Assembly: GCA_963815215.1 (NCBI GenBank)
Contig: CAWFFU010000003.1
Location: 224,001-288,000, forward strand
Length of the DNA stretch: 64,000 nt
Reading direction: 5' to 3'
From: an uncultured Trueperaceae bacterium
GTDB taxonomy: Bacteria > Deinococcota > Deinococci > Deinococcales > Trueperaceae
Every line of letters starts with the position of its first letter. Positions within the stretch are counted from its first letter, which is position 1. The notes under the pieces were generated by a model. That model worked only from the letters and a program-made list of their open reading frames with translations. It was not told the DNA's origin and ran no database searches. Positions 62,070-64,000 of the stretch are shown in pieces. The translations under genes and the position numbers were made by a program.

Positions 62070-64000
62070 TCAGCGCCGGTCGCGCGGACCGCGGCGATCG
62101 CCGCCCCGGCTGTCGCGCCCGCCGCGACCGCCGCCGCCACCACCACGGCGCCCGCCGCCGCTGCTGCGGGGCGCGATCTTGCCTTCGAGTTCGGGACGGA
62201 TCAGGTCGATCTTGCCGCGGTCATCGATGGTGTTGACCTTGACGCGGATGGTGTCGCCCTCCTTGAGGTGATCCTCGACGCGCTCCACGCGCTCCTCGGC
62301 GATCTGCGAGATGTGCAGCAGGCCGTCGGTGCCGGGGAAGAGGGTGATGAACGCGCCGAAGTCGGTCACCTTGGCGACCTTGCCGTCGTACTCCATACCG
62401 ATCTCGGCGGTGGCCGTCATCTCCTCGATACGTCGGGCGACCTCCGTTGCGACCCCGGCGTCCTCGCTGTAGATCTTGATGAGGCCGTCCTCCGCCACCT
62501 CGACGGTGCAGCCCAGCGCTTCGAGCTCGCGGATCTGTTTGCCGCCGGGCCCGATGACCGTGCCGATCTTGTCGACGGGGATGCGCACGCTCATGATCCG
62601 CGGGGCGCGCGGCGAGATCTCCTCGCGCGGCGCGGGAAGCGCTTCGCTCATCTTGCCGAGGATGTGCAGCCGGCCGGCGCGGGCCTGGGCCAACGCCTCG
62701 CGCATGATCGCCGGCGTGATGCCGGTGATCTTGATGTCCATCTGCAGAGCAGTGACCCCTTCGCCGGTGCCGGTCACCTTGAAGTCCATGTCGCCGAGCG
62801 CGTCCTCGGAGCCGAGGATGTCGCTCAGGATGGCGTAGCGTTCGCCTTCCTTGACCAGGCCCATGGCGATCCCGGCCACCGGCTTGCGGATCGGCACGCC
62901 GGCGTCCATCAGGGCCAGCGAGCCCGAGCACACCGAGGCCATCGAGCTCGAGCCGTTGGACTCGAGGGTCTCGGCCACGATCCGCAGCACGTAGGGGAAG
63001 TCCTCCTGGCCGGGGACCATCCGCACCAGGGCGCGCCGCGCCAGGTTGCCGTGGCCGACCTCGCGCCGCGAGGTGCCGCGCAGGCGCTTCACCTCACCCG
63101 TGGAGAAGGGCGGGAAGTTGTAGTGCAGCATGAACTCTTCGGTGTTCTCCAGGCCCAGGTCGTCGACCAGGCGGTTATCGCGGCCGGTGCCGAGGGTGGC
63201 GACGGAGAGTACCTGCGTCTCACCGCGCGTGAACACCGCCGAGCCGTGCGCCATCGGCAGCACGCCGGTCTCGATCCAGATGGGGCGGATCTCGTCGGGG
63301 CGGCGGCCGTCGGTGCGCTGGTTCTCCTCGAGCACCAAGCGCCGCATCTCGGCCTGCTCGGCCTTGTCGTAGGCGGCCTTGAGCTGCTTGAGTCGGTCGC
63401 CCGCTCCTTCGGCGTCGGCATCTGGCACCAGGCGTTCCAGGATGCCGTCACGGACGGCCCTGATGGCGTCGGCGCGCTCGTGCTTGCCCTTCGTGAGCAG
63501 GGCGTCGCGCAGGCCGGCGGTCGAGGCCTCGCGCTTCATCAGGTCGATGTCGACCGGGTCGAGCTCGATGGCCGGCTCGAAGCCCTTCTTGGGCTTGCCG
63601 ATGTCCTCGCGCATCTGTTCGATGAGCGCGACGACCGGCTTCAGCGCCTCGTGCGCGGCCTCGATGGCGCCCACCATGACATCCTCGGGCAGCTCGTCGG
63701 CGGCGGCCTCGACCATCATCACCGCGTCCTTGCTGGCGGCGACGGTGAGCTCGAGCTGCGAGCTGCCGTTCTGCAGCTCCTCGAGCGAGGGGTTGATGAG
63801 GTACTCGCCGTCGCGGTAGCCGACCACGCAGCAGGCCGTGGGCCCGTTCCAGGGCACGTCGCTGATCGACAGCGCGGCCGAGGCGCCGATGGCGGCCAGT
63901 GGGCCGGGTTCGGTCTTCTGGTCGGCAGACAGCACCGTGATGATGACCTGCACTTCGTTGCGCAGCTGCTTGGGGAACAGCGGCCGGATCTGGCGGTCGG
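62070..64000 (-). CDS. pnp: Polyribonucleotide nucleotidyltransferase (PNPase), 5' part beyond window
   Basis: DRQIRPLFPK at window edge, HGSAVFTRGETQ, RREVGHGNLA, ESNGSSSMASVC, GDMDFKV; KH and S1 domains. Confidence 0.97.
   Translation of the reverse strand, partial: DRQIRPLFPKQLRNEVQVIITVLSADQKTEPGPLAAIGASAALSISDVPWNGPTACCVVGYRDGEYLINPSLEELQNGSSQLELTVAASKDAVMMVEAAADELPEDVMVGAIEAAHEALKPVVALIEQMREDIGKPKKGFEPAIELDPVDIDLMKREASTAGLRDALLTKGKHERADAIRAVRDGILERLVPDADAEGAGDRLKQLKAAYDKAEQAEMRRLVLEENQRTDGRRPDEIRPIWIETGVLPMAHGSAVFTRGETQVLSVATLGTGRDNRLVDDLGLENTEEFMLHYNFPPFSTGEVKRLRGTSRREVGHGNLARRALVRMVPGQEDFPYVLRIVAETLESNGSSSMASVCSGSLALMDAGVPIRKPVAGIAMGLVKEGERYAILSDILGSEDALGDMDFKVTGTGEGVTALQMDIKITGITPAIMREALAQARAGRLHILGKMSEALPAPREEISPRAPRIMSVRIPVDKIGTVIGPGGKQIRELEALGCTVEVAEDGLIKIYSEDAGVATEVARRIEEMTATAEIGMEYDGKVAKVTDFGAFITLFPGTDGLLHISQIAEERVERVEDHLKEGDTIRVKVNTIDDRGKIDLIRPELEGKIAPRSSGGGRRGGGGGGRGGRDSRGGDRRGPRDRR

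Noticed and set aside
62073..62165. Gly/Arg-rich low-complexity repeat at the end of pnp
   Set aside because: A common disordered RGG-type tail of PNPases.

Overview
High-GC bacterial chromosome segment, most likely Deinococcota (Trueperaceae-like). The taxon is inferred from the Thermus/Deinococcus-type MiaB N-terminus and from many leaderless TAnnnT-N5-7-start promoters. The housekeeping backbone is clpX(partial)-clpP-tig, seven tRNAs, miaB, moeA, prfA, monomeric icd, hutUI plus a ureohydrolase, rnj and pnp(partial). Accessory modules: (i) a cysteine-free receiver/thioredoxin-reductase-like flavoprotein coupled to two tandem cNMP-domain histidine kinases; (ii) a group 3b [NiFe]-hydrogenase operon with an embedded cNMP protein and no hyp genes; (iii) an unusual four-gene FTR1 iron-permease operon (secreted helical protein, FTR1, stand-alone hydantoinase-family ATPase, membrane-anchored protein) behind a promoter with a 25-bp IscR/Rrf2-like palindrome, which is the best candidate here for an undescribed system; (iv) an integrase-less accessory region downstream of tRNA-Pro(GGG), with a duplicated tRNA 3' half, arm-like repeats, a truncated ParB-HTH/methyltransferase fusion, a GIY-YIG-like remnant, a rusticyanin-like copper cluster and an araC-VOC-uvrA2 trio. 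miaB appears to need an AUU start and a thioredoxin-like gene a CUG start. All calls come from reading the sequence; no database searches were run.
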